A stretch of 64,000 bases of DNA, taken from the IMG/VR virus record IMGVR_UViG_3300037507_003370, positions 32,001 to 96,000 of that record. One strand, written 5' to 3'. The DNA comes from a virus (taxonomy: Duplodnaviria > Caudoviricetes). Position 1 is the stretch's first letter. The number at the start of each line of letters is the position of its first letter. Shown here in pieces: positions 35,401 through 48,000 of the stretch. The translations under genes and the position numbers were made by a program. Below the pieces are notes generated by a model that saw only the letters and a program-made list of their open reading frames with translations, had not been told where the DNA came from and ran no database searches.

Positions 35401-36899
35401 CAAGACCAAACGCATACGATAATTATAATGGAACATTCAACGAATCTTCTGTGCCAACATCATCTAATGATATGAATATAGATGGTACAGAGAACCTATT
35501 CTATTATGGATATACTAATGCTCTAGAAGGAGTATTAACTTACAATACCTCTTCTAACACAACAGAAATAGTGGTAGACGGAGATGCTACCAGAAGAATT
35601 CAGAATGGAGATATTGTTAGATTACTTTATCGCTATCTTGATACCACAGGAACAACAGAACAAACAGTAAGTTCAATTATCAGAGCTAAAGTTATTGGAA
35701 TAAATATACAGTCTTCTCAGAAAGTAAATTTGACAGCAGATGATATTGGTGGTCCAAGAAGCTTTTTTAATAGGACACATATTATACTGGATAAAAAAGT
35801 AGATAACGTAGTATCTGAAACATATAATTTAGATAGGAATAGCGCATTTAGAAGAGCCGCGATTATATCTGAAACAGTAGGTGGCTACTTAACATTTAAT
35901 TTCCCAGGATCTTCTCCGGACATTGTATTAAGCAATAGACCAAATATAGATACTGAATTTAATCTTAATGGCAAAAAGATAGGATTTAGTGTTTATGGAG
36001 ATCAATCAAGTCCAAAAATTAATTTAGATAAAATAACAAACACAGTATTGCTAAATACAGATAAAGCAAAATCATACGGAAAAGTCACAAAGGTAACATC
36101 ACCACTAACTGCTGAAGACGAAAGAAATATTGATAGCGATCTTTATTATGATTATGGATGGAATGATGATTATATCATAGGTCAAATCTCTACAGTAAGC
36201 AACAAAACAGTAATTAGCACATCTGTAACTTTAACAGATAAAATTAATATCGGAGATATATTAGAAGTTGTATATGATACATATCAAAAAATAAATATGT
36301 ATGTATTATCAATTGATGGTCAAAAAGTATCATTATCTATTAGTATGTTAAGCTATGGGTTAATAGATGATGTAATTGGTAACCTAGCTAGAGATAATAG
36401 TGGAAATATTATAAACAATAATGTCAAATTTAAGATTGTAAAAAGACAATTGCCAAAAGTTACTGTTGCTAACAAGGTTATAGGGTCTGGTTTAATTCCA
36501 GTATATGCCGACGTTGGAGTGAATGGAATATTGCATACTGAAATGGCGATTATAGAAAATCTACCACAATTTAGTGGAGTTAATCGCATACCATATAGCA
36601 ATTTTGGTCTTTTAACACCTTCTAATCTTGGCTTTGTAGACTATAAAGACATATCTACAAATAAAACCTCTTCTTATTTAGTTAATAATACAATTTTGCC
36701 AGATATTATAGATACTAAAATAGCCAATATCAATGGACAAAATAAAAAATTGCCAATTTTAGCTGACACTACTCTTGCAGGAAATGTAAAGATTAATAAT
36801 TTGCATGTTGATAATTTTAATCATTTTAATACTATAGACTGTGGAATCGTTGTTTTTAGAGGGAAATGCGATAAATTAAAAGTTGTTTGTGATGATTGA
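29493..36899 (+). CDS. Giant tail fibre/adhesin-like protein with YadA-head-like beta-roll repeats (2468 aa)
   Basis: Dozens of (I/L/V)G(N/S)xN 14-residue-type repeats (~30700-31960 and ~32230-32620). Fibre-shaft motifs GKVGINTP and GFVGINNPTP..DLDIKG, FN.....DF.IYG repeats, and a C-terminal IDCG cap. Confidence 0.7.
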   Translation: MYIKYYDNVGELGSVALTSNVLTTINLPNGEFVSIGTDYRPFFNYVQPGDLFYVKASQTSAFTICLGKYNIDGFNNRSIEVLHIISSYGTLNPSVNTEITIENSNSLSNRIASNAVFLKNINNFVPELLTSDYVISLSGNMNVTLPPATINNINLKYGFLLANKNNTTDNLVISASGSNNILTKSGTSNSVSVTGVGSYVELIAGSGGTWYKLFSNEEMSGGGSSLGMPVKSLQYNNNNSQAGAKAYWDDTFKTLYFGETNNVTNADVVISATQNKTSGIYPFLLKLNNGNYFALTKEGKVGINTPSLPLYESSPNFHVVGRCAVFEGICGAGGVALTLYNNPEVVPQSGSLAGTVNLSARNSNRNVVNFAQVQSKILNPIKGQTQGQFLVNVDVSGVPKNLLKLDNSNVVLGSNEVDSSANSIVLGKNNNTDNLKNSAIVGNDNSIANANNVFVLGSGNSIDFIKNSVKFVLSEPNVGSFSGLDWADLDGMVSGDIVEVTNNGLNNGYYIASDSIWTPLDNSTAIAYLGTSNLLVGTDNTLSGNNLVVFGNNTNVSGNNLSVFGSFNNIRTQNIQNIILPNNTLFNNVTVIGEYNDIASSGLIILGNQNSASGVNGMLLVGSENISTSGSINSIIIGDNNNLITISGISIGNNNSGTLISSSLFGINNSIALSNSYLLGNNNRATGVLNNIIGSSNSIVLSSGNIVGTNNVAQGNSINALGNNINISGANNISVGSNVRATGNNNILIGNNNTNIDLINNTTILSNNFNHSGSISSSFILSNNVSISSGVYTDLNILGTNNTVNSGIANVLILGDNNNLNNVFDLTWPSLAFVSNNPGTQFTRINSTLQELEYYKNNDIIDISGETQSASGIIKLVYFNQDTSTLTIETVSAIPGISTANIKSRTQQEKLIEFGSKPIQIIGNKNTAIGISGINLGSSNYSSGNRIFIHGNDNEVFGNDIISIGNGIYVSGAINAISIGENKGNLTNSVAIGFNNSIYGNDTIAIGNSNKSININDVIGKDNIAAQSNISVLGSGNQITYRSQRQTALPVSYDLYNRPNIPTRLDTSHIIASGYYSAESQDFFTTNIIRFSILDRAIIQFYHDEKYIGSYTGLVTNSPPSAGSTSTSVSFDRRSQSASASDLDANPITLYEYITSIFPDVTPSRITGFLSFVSNDSDGSVIGNENTIVGTSKISVVGSNNQFNVDSYNTQTTSSGLIVGDNNKVFNELAMTASSIQNKYINANPVFQGAVGFNIRNADPNSIKFGFDTNTIKIFDLSGRSDTKITSVIDPNISPPQTETFYAEQIGISGYARRGIVFNADNIQNNFYVLNNSSTKDPVLTVVSSGTGFVGINNPTPSVDLDIKGTFVADTGTTKYFRSTNITMSSGAKQGYFLSSVNNAGDMEWVGGVKIDVSGIPGTLLYFSGIAGAGGKVEPISTQITQPNGNFLLNFVTYEPSGSTISKSGLVFDQYYNIDKYAIMTLDEHRRAVLGYPIEETRDLTTVNPGKIDYIQRLKDLAKANNKTDEAHYIPRQYNAIYFIPESAQYLGSIDPAQIADNYKLSLTKAGQAKESVFAIGRRKIDYSQPTNLDRGEDVDANNPFFPGGLSAPQVIISTIPKKDQFGSNSWRAPRYKYNLEELYSPHLAPYYDDFNGPGIGDKYDIIKPMTGDNLTGKDYQSWWYYDTTRTSEDAGSRPKFNTVGLTYRVYATQKRSVATAFNLGLEEIDFVIYGTGTKHRNSAGIPDKPSKFIFGGDQEYMDWVSTGLGSDIADRPFLTKVPAFYFNSSISSFMIHTDRPSWIPFKLPADVCEPCDPIQSGIQFADLTVRGWIGTSGIRIGQGFRRALAPDADGNLVPAIDAQGGPIYESTAGMFLTSDKFGFAVWEPLGGVSSTNDTLTSNTTPTSSQILTEGVLDRISNATIEFAYETDNTNDTARLYRDNLSVRDENLLSNAALKLRGVTRNSLLFAKNPRPNAYDNYNGTFNESSVPTSSNDMNIDGTENLFYYGYTNALEGVLTYNTSSNTTEIVVDGDATRRIQNGDIVRLLYRYLDTTGTTEQTVSSIIRAKVIGINIQSSQKVNLTADDIGGPRSFFNRTHIILDKKVDNVVSETYNLDRNSAFRRAAIISETVGGYLTFNFPGSSPDIVLSNRPNIDTEFNLNGKKIGFSVYGDQSSPKINLDKITNTVLLNTDKAKSYGKVTKVTSPLTAEDERNIDSDLYYDYGWNDDYIIGQISTVSNKTVISTSVTLTDKINIGDILEVVYDTYQKINMYVLSIDGQKVSLSISMLSYGLIDDVIGNLARDNSGNIINNNVKFKIVKRQLPKVTVANKVIGSGLIPVYADVGVNGILHTEMAIIENLPQFSGVNRIPYSNFGLLTPSNLGFVDYKDISTNKTSSYLVNNTILPDIIDTKIANINGQNKKLPILADTTLAGNVKINNLHVDNFNHFNTIDCGIVVFRGKCDKLKVVCDD

Positions 36900-36904
36900 T
36901 GCAA

Positions 36905-36918
36905 GGTGTACTTTAAAG
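36905..36918 (+). promoter_or_regulatory. Putative phage promoter motif GGTGTA + AT-rich tail
   Basis: GGTGTACTTTAAAG in a 32-nt gap upstream of 36932. Confidence 0.5.
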
Positions 36919-36931
36919 TAAAGAGGTAAAA

Positions 36932-37609
36932 ATGGGATGGCCTGACGATCAAGAAGCTCCAGTATTTGACCCTAATCAGCCGCATATACTGGGGCAAAAT
37001 CCACCTCCAAATGTTAATTGGGAAAATTTAGCCAATCAATTTGGTGCATCACAAAACAAGTTATTGATAAAAAGAGATGTTACTACATCAAATCATCCTT
37101 GTGGGGAAGATCTTGATATTGGAGAGTTGGTCTTTAACGCTATCACAGGAAATTTATATTCGAAAACATTAGGAGGGGATATTATAATGTATGCTCCAAC
37201 AGTCATATGCTCAGACTCTTCTAGTCCATCTCTGGGATTATATAAATTTTCATTATCAATACCCGAAAATTGTGCAGATATTTGTACCAATTCGGCTTAT
37301 GGGATAACTCTCACTTCTGCTAAGAAAAATGCAATCAGGTTCAATCCCGTGCCAATTGTTGAGGGACTACCGATATCTTATAATATTTTTATTGAACAAA
37401 GAAGAAAGGCCACCGCGCCGCCTTTCGAAGAAGTTGTAACAAAAACACACATAGCAAGAATATCATTAATATCTGATTATAAATCAACAATGTCTTTTGA
37501 ATTTGTTTATTATATTGACGATACTACTTTTTATCCATTAGATGGCCTATTAGGTCCAGGATCATACGATAACGGTCAACTTGGTAAACTAATAATAGAA
37601 ACACTATAA
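36932..37609 (+). CDS. Fibre-associated protein with major-tropism-determinant N-terminal-like motif (225 aa)
   Basis: GAGGT RBS at 36923-36927. IKR....NHP...[18 protein letters not shown] matches the KR..G..P...L..GEL..N...G.LY fibre-anchor motif. Confidence 0.55.
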   Translation: MGWPDDQEAPVFDPNQPHILGQNPPPNVNWENLANQFGASQNKLLIKRDVTTSNHPCGEDLDIGELVFNAITGNLYSKTLGGDIIMYAPTVICSDSSSPSLGLYKFSLSIPENCADICTNSAYGITLTSAKKNAIRFNPVPIVEGLPISYNIFIEQRRKATAPPFEEVVTKTHIARISLISDYKSTMSFEFVYYIDDTTFYPLDGLLGPGSYDNGQLGKLIIETL

Positions 37610-37611
37610 TA

Positions 37612-40600
37612 ATGTACGAACAGCATATAACTAAACCAATACAAATTATCCAGTACAAGGGAACAGAAGACATAAGCCTAGTGCCTGATTATACTTTTTC
37701 TTATGCTGTCAATATTTCTAATAATATTAGTTTTGCAATAGCTAATGGTATTCAAAACAATCAATTAGTTCTTCTAAGTACTCAGTCTAATCCTAATGAA
37801 AATGGATTGTATATCTTTAAAAATAATATTCTCAGTAAATATTATGAGTCATTTTTTAAAAATGTACAAAAAATTTATAAAGTCAATAAAAATTCTGCTT
37901 ATGAAGTATATTTTGGTTTATTAGATAATTTTAATCAATTCACTACGATAACACCTAACGAAACATACATTATTGTTTCCAAGGAAAATGCTAGTTTACC
38001 ATATATTTGGTATTCTACAGAACAGTCTTTTGATTCGTCTATATTGTTCGATATGGAGATTATTCAAAAGAACTTTTCTAGTTCAGATGGATCGTCACTA
38101 GACCCTATAAACAATGTTATATCTCTAGACCTGGCTAATAGTTTTGATTTCAGACCTGTTGTTTTTACTACTAAGCTTACTCCAAGTTCTGTTAGCAAAG
38201 AATACATATTAAAATTAGATTTTATTCTTGCTGGTGATGCTGAGTATTATGATGTTTATGATTTTGTACTTAGAGATATCGACGTTTTATCAAACACAGA
38301 GAATGAACTTTCTTTAAATTCTGAATTTTTATCTAATAATAGTCTTTTTATTAAGCACAATCAACTATACTATTTTGTAGAATCTTACAATAATGTCAAT
38401 GGAATATACAAATATAATATAGAATCCAATACATTTACTATTGTTCCTAATTCTGAAGATATCGTTCGTCGTAAATTATTTGTGATAGATAAAAGAATAA
38501 AAAGAATTAAGAGTGTTAAGGATAATGTATATATTAATAATATTCTATATATGCATCCTCCTAAATTACGTCAACAAGATAGTTCTTATGGATTTTATGA
38601 GATACAAGCATCATTAATTAATCCAAGTAATGGAGCAGTAATCAGCGTAGATAAATATTGTTTCAGTATATCTCCAACATCATTAAATTTACCGACCCCA
38701 ACTCCAACATTAACTCCTACGCCGAAGCAACATAGTGTATCATTTGCTGATGCTCCGATACTCAATATTAATTTTTGTGATTATGGTTCTTGTTTAAAAA
38801 CCCCTATTAAATTTACAGCATCCAATCTTTCAGAAACATCAAATTATATTTATGAATTAGGAGTTATAGAATATGGACACGCTAATCCTGATAACCCACA
38901 AGATTTATTAAAAACAGAATTTATCACATTTGATTCTTCTGCCGGAATCCTTCCTCTAGGATATTCTTCGTATTGCATTGAATCATTCATGTCAATATCT
39001 GATAGGATTAGATCTATTATTTATGTAAAAGTAACTAATATTGATAATAACATTAGTGCAACTAATACATTAGAAATAAATTTGTGTGATAGAGATTTTT
39101 GTCCACCACTTCCGACACCTACGAAAACTCCAACATCAACGTTACCGGCCTATCCAACAAGAACACCAACAAGGACAAGAACAAGTACTCCTACTAGTAC
39201 TCCAACAAAAACTCCTCGTGGAACCCAAACAGTAACGCCAACCCCCACATTTACTCCAACTAATACAGCAACACAAACCATAACACCAACAACAACAGCA
39301 ACACAAACTATAACGCCAACAGTCACCCAAACAGCTACTCAAACTCCAACTGTTAGCCCATCCGTATCTGTAACACCCACAATATCACCCTCTTTAACAG
39401 CAACACCGACTATAACTCCTACTAATACTTCTACGCCAACACAAACCACTACCATAACACCAACATCAACAATCACTCCTACAATTACTCCAACTCCCAC
39501 TTATACGTCAACGCCTACTCCATCTACAATGGTTGATGCTTTGATTAGTGTTGGGAGAAATGACGTAGCACAGTTAGCAAGAAATACCTTTTTTGACTCT
39601 GTTGACAGTAATAGTGTTTGCTCTTTCGATGTTATTAATAATATATTCGTAGACTATACTATTAGTAGTCCAACAAATATGGTTTTAGCAGGACTTACTA
39701 CGTATATTCCAAGTTCTCCAACAAAAACTATGTTCATTGGTAAGTATCTGAAATCCTCACAAACTCATAGAGTATTAAGCGCTGGAGCTAATGGAACTAC
39801 TAATAATAGACTATTAAGAAAATTTGCTGGAACAGCAGATTATTCTTTTGGAGAAATAAAGACTTCTCCTTATGCTACTGGAGATAATGAGCTGTCTAAA
39901 GATCTAATAGAATTATTAGACACTAGAGAATGTAATAATCCCATAGCTATATCCAATTTTTCTGGTCAGCAAACAGTATTTGTGGGAATTACTGACAAGA
40001 CTCTTTTTAATAGAAATATAGCAATTTACGATGACGGAGTAGCTGCAAGTGTTATAACACAAAATCTAATTACAAATATAACTTTTTCATCCAATATAAC
40101 TAAACTGAGAGATATTGCTCCATTAGCTTTAACGTCATCTAGCACCAGAACCAATCATGGATGTTTAGCATTAGTAGAATCAGAGAACCAAGAAAAAGCT
40201 CTTATTTTTGTAAATAAAGAAGGAACAGTGATAGAATTTGCTTTTGCTGGCAATAGGAAATTACCAAGGAATACTAATATACTAAGCGTGCATACAATAT
40301 CGGCAGCTTCGGATAGTAATGTAACATCAGGTATATACTTATTAATTAAAGATATAGATAATATTAATCGTATATATTATTCTAGCATATCGTCTGGAGT
40401 AGCTTCTTATCCGTCTTCTATTACTATAGGTACGTCCATAGTATCGGCATCCAATACAAATACTAACGTATATTTAATCGGAGCTAATGGCAAGGTATTT
40501 TCTGCTGGAGCATTGAGTAATTTGGGTAGAATAGCTACGGTGAATGTATTCGGAGAGATAAGTATTCCGGCTAATCATACCGTAAGCACCATCAAAGACA

Positions 40601-43600
40601 GATACATATTGTTAAAAGACAATAGCAACAATCAAGTATTATGTTACATCGGAACAGTTGCTCCATCGTGCGTTGGTTCAACAACTAATTTATTTACTTC
40701 ATATTTATCAAGTACATACTTATGGAAAGTCAATAATATTTTGCAGTTGTCAACTGTTGGGGCGCCATATACTGGTTCATACAATAATATTCTTGACTTT
40801 GGTGCTTGTGATAACGGCCAAAGTTTATATTTGAATATGAGTCCAGCCAGAGCTTTTGTCGATCACCCTGTTCCGACTCCAACAGTTACAATAACATCAA
40901 CAGCAACCTCTACACCTACAAATACTCCAACATTAACTCAGACTCCGACAACAACTACCACAAGAACTCCAACAGCCACGATAACATCTACTCCTACTGT
41001 GACTAAAACAGTGAGTCCGACTCAAACTAATACGCCAACCAATACAAATACAAATACCCAAACAGCCACGATGAGTCCTACTCCTACTAGCACCCCAACT
41101 ATTAGTCCAACTAAGACAGTTACCCCATCAGTTACAGTAACAAATACAGCTACTCCAACCATTACTCCTACACCCACCACAACGAGTATTCCTGATACAT
41201 CAATTACTTTATGGCTTAAAGGAGAAAATACTATACCGGTTGTTGTCGATCATTCTTCTTATCATTATCCAGTATTAAAATATTTAACTGGCTCTTTATC
41301 AACTAGTTTTCCTGGGGTAAGCTCAGATCTTATTGTTAGCGATCTAAGTAGCGATACTCCATTTGGAACTATTAGCGGTCTAAATAGTTATGATATATCA
41401 AATTGGTATTTATTAGTAAATGATAATGCTCCATTTGATACTGCTGCTTTATCCAATGGTATACTAGCTCATACTTTTTCCAATGTTTCTTTTTGTATAG
41501 AGTTTTGGATAAAAAATAAAGCTATTAATAGTAACAGGGGCATATTTGCAAGAGGCGGAAGATCATATCGAGGGTCTTTTGCTTTATTGTTCGATACTCA
41601 GGATAAATTGTTTTTTACAGCATATAATTATCAATCTGGAAACGTACCACTCCTATCTTCTTTAAATCCTGTAAACGATACAAACTGGCATCACATTGTT
41701 ATTAATTGTGAAAAAATTAATGATGTTACATCAAGATGGAGAATGTTTATAGATGGCTCAATGCAATCAGATGTAAGTCTTAGCGGAGAATCCGCCTTCG
41801 TTGCTCCAACAAGTCAAGGTCTTTCATATATGTCCGTAGGTTCTGCAACAAATTATTCTGTTAATTTTCCAAATTGTAATGCAAGAATATTTGATTTTAA
41901 AATTACAAAAAATAATCATATATATAGTAATTCGTTTGTCAAACCATCTAGACCATCTTTTCATAATATTGATTCTGATCTTTATTTTGTCAAGGATGAT
42001 GATAGTCGTTACTATTCTGATTTTATGTTTGAAGACAAGGGGAACAAAACAATATTTACTCCGGCTTTCGGAGACATATTATGGTCAAGATTAAAAGATG
42101 GATTAGGAGTAGATGCTGCTGGTAGAATGTATTTTATACCCATAGGAAATAATACCAGCCAAGCCACAAGTACGCCAGTATTTCCTCCAATGTTCAAATA
42201 CGCCTTATCTGGACCAATATTGACTTTGGGCTATAATAATAATTTTTCTGGTAGTAGGATACTACCAATATATGGTAATTTTACCATGCTTAATAGTGGA
42301 GGAAACTATAATAGTGGACCATTAACTATAGCTTATACAGACGTAGACTCCTCTATATCAAATACGTTTGGTTTAAATAAATCGTCTGATAATGAATCTG
42401 TTATGATTTATGGCATAGATAGAGATCATAACCTTAATGCGTGTTTTGGTACTCGAAAGCCTATAAGTACTATCATGCCAATATCTAAAATATTCCCAAA
42501 TATTAATAAAGTTTCTAGCGATAATATCAGACTTCAACGCTGTAGCAATCTAAAATGGAAACAATTAGTATTGACCACATGGTTAAATTCGTCCTTATTA
42601 AGCGAATTTTTTGGTTTGGGTATCTTAGAAGATGACACACTTAGAATTATGCGCACAGATACTGGATCAATAGGAGATGGAGGAGAGGCAACCACAACAT
42701 TAGTAAAAGATATAGCGGTAGGTAGTATTAGTTACAGTTCTGGCCCCACCACCAATATACAAGCTGCTTACATCACAAATACTGGAACTCTTTATACTTA
42801 TCAATGGAATACGGGTACGTTTAATGCGGTTGATTTTGAAACATGGAAATCTTGTGAATATTCGAATGTATCACTAGATAACATATTGTATGCCGTTAAA
42901 GAAAGCGACAATACCATGTATCGTCTTGGTGTTTCTAATGACAGTAATATAGTCGCTAGTACTACCTTAATTCCTTTTGTTATTAAAAATACCGTTATTG
43001 GAACATCTGTATTTGCAACTAAAGTTCAAGAGACATTTGATCGTATATATATAACTGATAATGAATATAATTTGTATATTTATATTAAGTCTTTTGTTGG
43101 TTTAGTCGAGGCTAAATCTGATTTTGGAATAAAAGAAGGACAATATGGTATAAGTACAATATTGCCTGGGCAAGTTTATAAGTTGCCATTTAAAACTTCT
43201 GAGTTTTCCGCATCACAACAATGCTTTATCAATAAAACGCTCAATCCAACAGCAGTTATACAACAAACTGCGACTCCGACACTCACACCCACAGCAACTC
43301 CTACACCATCTATTACTCCAACTAAAACTCCAACTCAAACAGTTACACAAACAAGAACAGGAACTCAAACAGTTACTCCAACAAGGACCACAACACGCAC
43401 AGTTACGCCAACAAAAACAGCAACTCCAACAGTTACCCCATCTCCAACAGAAACTATTCTACCAAGAACTGCTAGCGCTCCTTTATCTTTGGTCGCCACC
43501 AATAATACTGGTTATGAATTAGTTAATTTGAGCTGGAATGTTCCATCAGATACAGGATCAAGCCCTATATTTAATTATAGAATACAATTTTCAATTGATG

Positions 43601-45045
43601 GCGGTTCAACTTTTACAACTCATGGTCGTCAGTATCAGGATTCGTTCACTCAATTTACCGTTATTGGCTTGTCTCCATCTAATTCTTATATATTTAGGGT
43701 AGCTGGTGTTAATAGTGCTGGTTTGGGCACTTACTCTAATCCTTCATCGCCAATCACTCCGAGATCTGCTCCAGTATTACCAGTACCACAACCTCCCATG
43801 TTCATGGTTGTTGATGGTGCCGAATATTTTGAGACAAGTTTGCCAACGCACAATGGCAGAACAATACTACTATACAATATAGATGAGGCTCAATATAATT
43901 TGACTACTGAAATTCAGGATTCTGATGATAATATAAATTGGATACCTTATACATTTATTAATAATGTTTCCGGGTCTACTGCTGATTATAATGCTGGCAT
44001 GAAATCTAAAAGAGGATCAGGGTTACCGTCTCCAGAACCAAGACAATATATCAGAATTAGAAGCAAGACGAATCAAGCAGACACTTATGGGTCATGGTCT
44101 TATAACACAATATCTCCTACTGCAGGGGCAACTCCGTTAAGATACGGCGTATATTCTTATAATAATTCTATGAATATTGTGCCTCCTTATATTTTTACTA
44201 CTATAGCACCAATTTCATTATTAACTTTCACTGAAAATAGCATGACAAGCGTTTCTCCTCCCATAATTTTTAATCCAAATTTATATCGAGTAACACTTAG
44301 AAATAAACTAATTAATGCTTTTAGTGTGTATGGTTATTATATATACCCCAACTTAGCAGTTGCTGGTCTTGATCAGATAAATACTTATGCATTACCAGGA
44401 TATATCAGTAATTCATCTCAAGATGGAATATTTAAGGAAGTAGCAGCATCTCCAGGAAACCCACCGCCCGGCATGGCCGGCAACAACAACTTTTTTATTA
44501 GTACATCAACCATTGACAAGCACGCATTTAACTTTGCTGGCATGCCAGTATATGATTCTGATGAGATTTCCCAATTTAACCTTCAAACTGGTTTACTATT
44601 AGGTAGTGAAATTATAAATATTCATAATAGATTAGCGGGAATTAGACCAATATATAGAAGAAATATCAATATTGATGGTGCTTCATTTGTAGGACCAGAC
44701 GTTAGCTTTAACTCAACTCTTGGAATAGGAAACGAACCTCTTGATAAATATCCTATAAATACAAATCTAAGTGTTCCAACAGCTAATGTTAGTACTACCA
44801 CTAATTCAATATATGTGTATAGTTATAATACTTATGGAGGACATATTTTTGTACAAGGATGGGCTCCACAGGTGAACAAGTGGGTAACAGTAGGTGTTAG
44901 TGATATTAGGCCTAATATCTTAAAGGATCTTGGTAGCTCGATTTCTATAGATCGTAGACTTAAATATAGAATGAAATTCTTTAGCGTCGGAACAAATGAG
45001 TCTAATTCTGGATTTAGTAATTGGTCCTCAGATATAATATTTTAA
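37612..45045 (+). CDS. Giant modular virion surface protein: Thr/Pro linkers, propeller-like repeats, LamG/ConA domain, FN3 (2477 aa)
   Basis: Thr/Pro linkers at ~39112-39528, ~40873-41187 and ~43267-43452. LamG (FCIEFWIK...WHHIVI...MFIDG, ~41200-41970). FN3 (APLSL.A...VNLSW.VP...YRIQFS...[13 protein letters not shown], ~43465-43765). Confidence 0.75.
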   Translation: MYEQHITKPIQIIQYKGTEDISLVPDYTFSYAVNISNNISFAIANGIQNNQLVLLSTQSNPNENGLYIFKNNILSKYYESFFKNVQKIYKVNKNSAYEVYFGLLDNFNQFTTITPNETYIIVSKENASLPYIWYSTEQSFDSSILFDMEIIQKNFSSSDGSSLDPINNVISLDLANSFDFRPVVFTTKLTPSSVSKEYILKLDFILAGDAEYYDVYDFVLRDIDVLSNTENELSLNSEFLSNNSLFIKHNQLYYFVESYNNVNGIYKYNIESNTFTIVPNSEDIVRRKLFVIDKRIKRIKSVKDNVYINNILYMHPPKLRQQDSSYGFYEIQASLINPSNGAVISVDKYCFSISPTSLNLPTPTPTLTPTPKQHSVSFADAPILNINFCDYGSCLKTPIKFTASNLSETSNYIYELGVIEYGHANPDNPQDLLKTEFITFDSSAGILPLGYSSYCIESFMSISDRIRSIIYVKVTNIDNNISATNTLEINLCDRDFCPPLPTPTKTPTSTLPAYPTRTPTRTRTSTPTSTPTKTPRGTQTVTPTPTFTPTNTATQTITPTTTATQTITPTVTQTATQTPTVSPSVSVTPTISPSLTATPTITPTNTSTPTQTTTITPTSTITPTITPTPTYTSTPTPSTMVDALISVGRNDVAQLARNTFFDSVDSNSVCSFDVINNIFVDYTISSPTNMVLAGLTTYIPSSPTKTMFIGKYLKSSQTHRVLSAGANGTTNNRLLRKFAGTADYSFGEIKTSPYATGDNELSKDLIELLDTRECNNPIAISNFSGQQTVFVGITDKTLFNRNIAIYDDGVAASVITQNLITNITFSSNITKLRDIAPLALTSSSTRTNHGCLALVESENQEKALIFVNKEGTVIEFAFAGNRKLPRNTNILSVHTISAASDSNVTSGIYLLIKDIDNINRIYYSSISSGVASYPSSITIGTSIVSASNTNTNVYLIGANGKVFSAGALSNLGRIATVNVFGEISIPANHTVSTIKDRYILLKDNSNNQVLCYIGTVAPSCVGSTTNLFTSYLSSTYLWKVNNILQLSTVGAPYTGSYNNILDFGACDNGQSLYLNMSPARAFVDHPVPTPTVTITSTATSTPTNTPTLTQTPTTTTTRTPTATITSTPTVTKTVSPTQTNTPTNTNTNTQTATMSPTPTSTPTISPTKTVTPSVTVTNTATPTITPTPTTTSIPDTSITLWLKGENTIPVVVDHSSYHYPVLKYLTGSLSTSFPGVSSDLIVSDLSSDTPFGTISGLNSYDISNWYLLVNDNAPFDTAALSNGILAHTFSNVSFCIEFWIKNKAINSNRGIFARGGRSYRGSFALLFDTQDKLFFTAYNYQSGNVPLLSSLNPVNDTNWHHIVINCEKINDVTSRWRMFIDGSMQSDVSLSGESAFVAPTSQGLSYMSVGSATNYSVNFPNCNARIFDFKITKNNHIYSNSFVKPSRPSFHNIDSDLYFVKDDDSRYYSDFMFEDKGNKTIFTPAFGDILWSRLKDGLGVDAAGRMYFIPIGNNTSQATSTPVFPPMFKYALSGPILTLGYNNNFSGSRILPIYGNFTMLNSGGNYNSGPLTIAYTDVDSSISNTFGLNKSSDNESVMIYGIDRDHNLNACFGTRKPISTIMPISKIFPNINKVSSDNIRLQRCSNLKWKQLVLTTWLNSSLLSEFFGLGILEDDTLRIMRTDTGSIGDGGEATTTLVKDIAVGSISYSSGPTTNIQAAYITNTGTLYTYQWNTGTFNAVDFETWKSCEYSNVSLDNILYAVKESDNTMYRLGVSNDSNIVASTTLIPFVIKNTVIGTSVFATKVQETFDRIYITDNEYNLYIYIKSFVGLVEAKSDFGIKEGQYGISTILPGQVYKLPFKTSEFSASQQCFINKTLNPTAVIQQTATPTLTPTATPTPSITPTKTPTQTVTQTRTGTQTVTPTRTTTRTVTPTKTATPTVTPSPTETILPRTASAPLSLVATNNTGYELVNLSWNVPSDTGSSPIFNYRIQFSIDGGSTFTTHGRQYQDSFTQFTVIGLSPSNSYIFRVAGVNSAGLGTYSNPSSPITPRSAPVLPVPQPPMFMVVDGAEYFETSLPTHNGRTILLYNIDEAQYNLTTEIQDSDDNINWIPYTFINNVSGSTADYNAGMKSKRGSGLPSPEPRQYIRIRSKTNQADTYGSWSYNTISPTAGATPLRYGVYSYNNSMNIVPPYIFTTIAPISLLTFTENSMTSVSPPIIFNPNLYRVTLRNKLINAFSVYGYYIYPNLAVAGLDQINTYALPGYISNSSQDGIFKEVAASPGNPPPGMAGNNNFFISTSTIDKHAFNFAGMPVYDSDEISQFNLQTGLLLGSEIINIHNRLAGIRPIYRRNINIDGASFVGPDVSFNSTLGIGNEPLDKYPINTNLSVPTANVSTTTNSIYVYSYNTYGGHIFVQGWAPQVNKWVTVGVSDIRPNILKDLGSSISIDRRLKYRMKFFSVGTNESNSGFSNWSSDIIF

Positions 45046-45058
45046 TTAGGATTATAAA

Positions 45059-48000
45059 ATGATCAAACAATATATTGAAAATAATTTACAACTTATAGAA
45101 TATAATGGACAAAATTTACCATTATCTTTTTCTCATATTGCTTTAAACTCTAATAAATCAGGCCTAGTAGTTCAAACATCAACAGGAAATGTAACAGTTA
45201 ATGAAGGAACAATGGTCTGGGTCAATAATGTTGGTCCATACCTAGTTAAAGATGGTCCTTGGATTTTTGTTGAATCTTTAGCATCGTTATTTCAAAAATC
45301 ATCTAAAATATATACAACAGATAATAATGGAAATTATTCAATAACATCTTTAAAAAATATTAATGATCAGTTTAATCAAATAAAAACTTTAGAAAAAAAT
45401 AATGGATATATACTTGTTTCAAATAATATTCCTTATCATTTTTATGACCAAGATGCTAATGCTCTAAGCGATGCTGATGTTGCAGAGAAGGTTTTCTTTG
45501 ATGTTTATAAATGTTCTGCCGCGAATGGGATTAAGCCTGTTCATGACGATAAATTATCTAAATTCATTAATCTAGACGGGATATTTACAGGATTCTGCAA
45601 CGATTATACCACCGCTTCTGCAAAAATATATGCTAATGCTATTAAATTGGATGCAAATAGAGATTATACAATTAAACTTTCTAGCGATAATAGTTTTGTG
45701 CAAATATCTAATCCTGAGATTCTTCTTTCAAATATATCTACTTCAGAATATTATTATTCTACTGATATAACTTTTAGAGGAAAGCTTGTTAATACTGTTT
45801 TTAATCTCACAATAGAATTATACATAGATCAAGAACTAATAGATTATGATAACTTGGCTGTATATATTGTGTGTCCTAAGCCTCCAGAACCCACACCAAA
45901 GCCAAGAAATCCTATCAAAGCTAATATAAGTATAGCAAATACATCAGGTGGTGGCGGCGGTGTGCCACTTATTACTCAATCACAGACCATGACGCCCACG
46001 GTAACACCAACATTTACTCCTACTCCCACAATAACGCCAAGTCCAACAGAAATACCAAGGCCGCCGATAGAAGCATTATCTTTTCCTAGCGCTCCTTATA
46101 ATATAAAAGCATTAAGTGGCAACGAAAGTTTAGAAATCACTTGGGAAGCTCCACTACAACCTAGAACAGCAATCACTAACTATACAGTATCATATGCGCC
46201 TAAAGGAGAAGAATCCGCTAATATAATATATATCCCAATAAGCACTGATAGAAAAACCATCTTAACATCTTTATTGAATAATGTAGAATACGAGATAAAG
46301 GTTGGCACAGTTACTGCAACTACTTCTAATTTTCCTTTCTGGTCGCCTTCACCAATATATGCTTCTCCTACAGAAAACCAAAGTGTTTCCGCAGCACCTA
46401 CTTTAGTTGCTTCTGAAAAGAATAAATTTATAGATCTCACATGGCAACCTCCTACGAATCTTATAACAGGAAATTCGTTATATCTACTAGAAGTAGATGG
46501 AATTATTATCAAAGAGTTATCCAGCTCATCGCCCAGAATGTTTGCGCTACAATCTCTGAATAATGACCAACAATATAAAATAAGAATTGGTATAGCAAAA
46601 TCACAATCAATATTGGGACAGCCAAATTTTGCGGATCCTGTATATTACTCTAATACGGTATATGTTACTCCAAGAGAAACGGGGGGTGTTAGTGTTAACG
46701 CCCCTAGAGACTTAAGTGTTCTTGGAGGAGACGGAACTCTTTATATTAGTTGGACCGCTCCACAAAATATCATATCAGGACATTCTTTTTATGCTGTTGC
46801 ATATAAAACTCCTGCCGGAGCATTCAAATATGTATATACTCCAATAAATATAACAGAAGTGAGCATAGCAAACATTAGGAATGCGCAATATGAAATTAAA
46901 GTTGGAACTGCTCCTGTTCAAACTTTTCAAAATTTTGAATCTACTATCTGGTCTCTTTCTACATATGGAACTCCCAAAACAGTACCCATACCCTATTCCG
47001 CTCCTGAATTAATTGCTTTCCCTGGTAATGAGACTATAAGAGTAGTATGGGACACGGGGGGATTTACTACGATAGCATATAGACCAAAAATAGAGGGTTC
47101 TGTTTGGTTATATCATGCTCTTGGCAGTGATACTAGTTATATTGGGATAGATAATATACCAGATCAATATCTAACAAATTTATCAAATAATATTGAGTAT
47201 GAAATAAAAATTGGAAGTAACGATACTCTACTACTTAGTGGGAGATGGCCTGTTCCAAATGGTGGTAATAGAGTTCCTCCACAAGATTTTGAGGCTGAAA
47301 ACTATTGGCTGGCCTCAATATCCTCAATGCCATCTAGTAACAAAAATCTTCCTGCAAGTCCTGTCATTAGGGATACCGCTTTTTCCAACAATACAGATTT
47401 TATTTCTCAGCCAGGAAATCAACACATTTACCTTATATGGAATCCTCCATACATTACAAGATATCTGCGAAATAAGCTTGATGATTACTATATAATAGCA
47501 TATAGATTAAATCAACCAGGAGCCACTTTTGCATATAAAATTATTCCTAGTAATCAAACTGAGTTTGGATATGGCACGCCTAACTCTTTTGGGTCACAAT
47601 TTGGGGGGGCAGGCTTATCAATACAATTTACTCTTGCTGACTTAGAAAATGATGAATATGAAATTAAAATTGGAGCGGGTAATTCTGTTATTTTTGATCA
47701 ACAAGAAATAAATGATTCTAATCTTACAGAAGATATAATCAAGGACTTGCAAGTTATATGGTCGAAAAACTATTTATTTACTACATCAAGCGATAAAACA
47801 ACTATGGCGAATATGACCATATCAAATATTAACGCAATAAATAATAAAATTTCATTAAAATTAAATATAGCAAGATCTAGCTGGAGGTATACAAATAAGG
47901 TAGTAATAGGAAACAATACTACATATGTTCCTATAGGAGTATGCATACTAGCATACAGAATAAAAGATACTAATAATTGGACATATCGCAGTATTCCGAC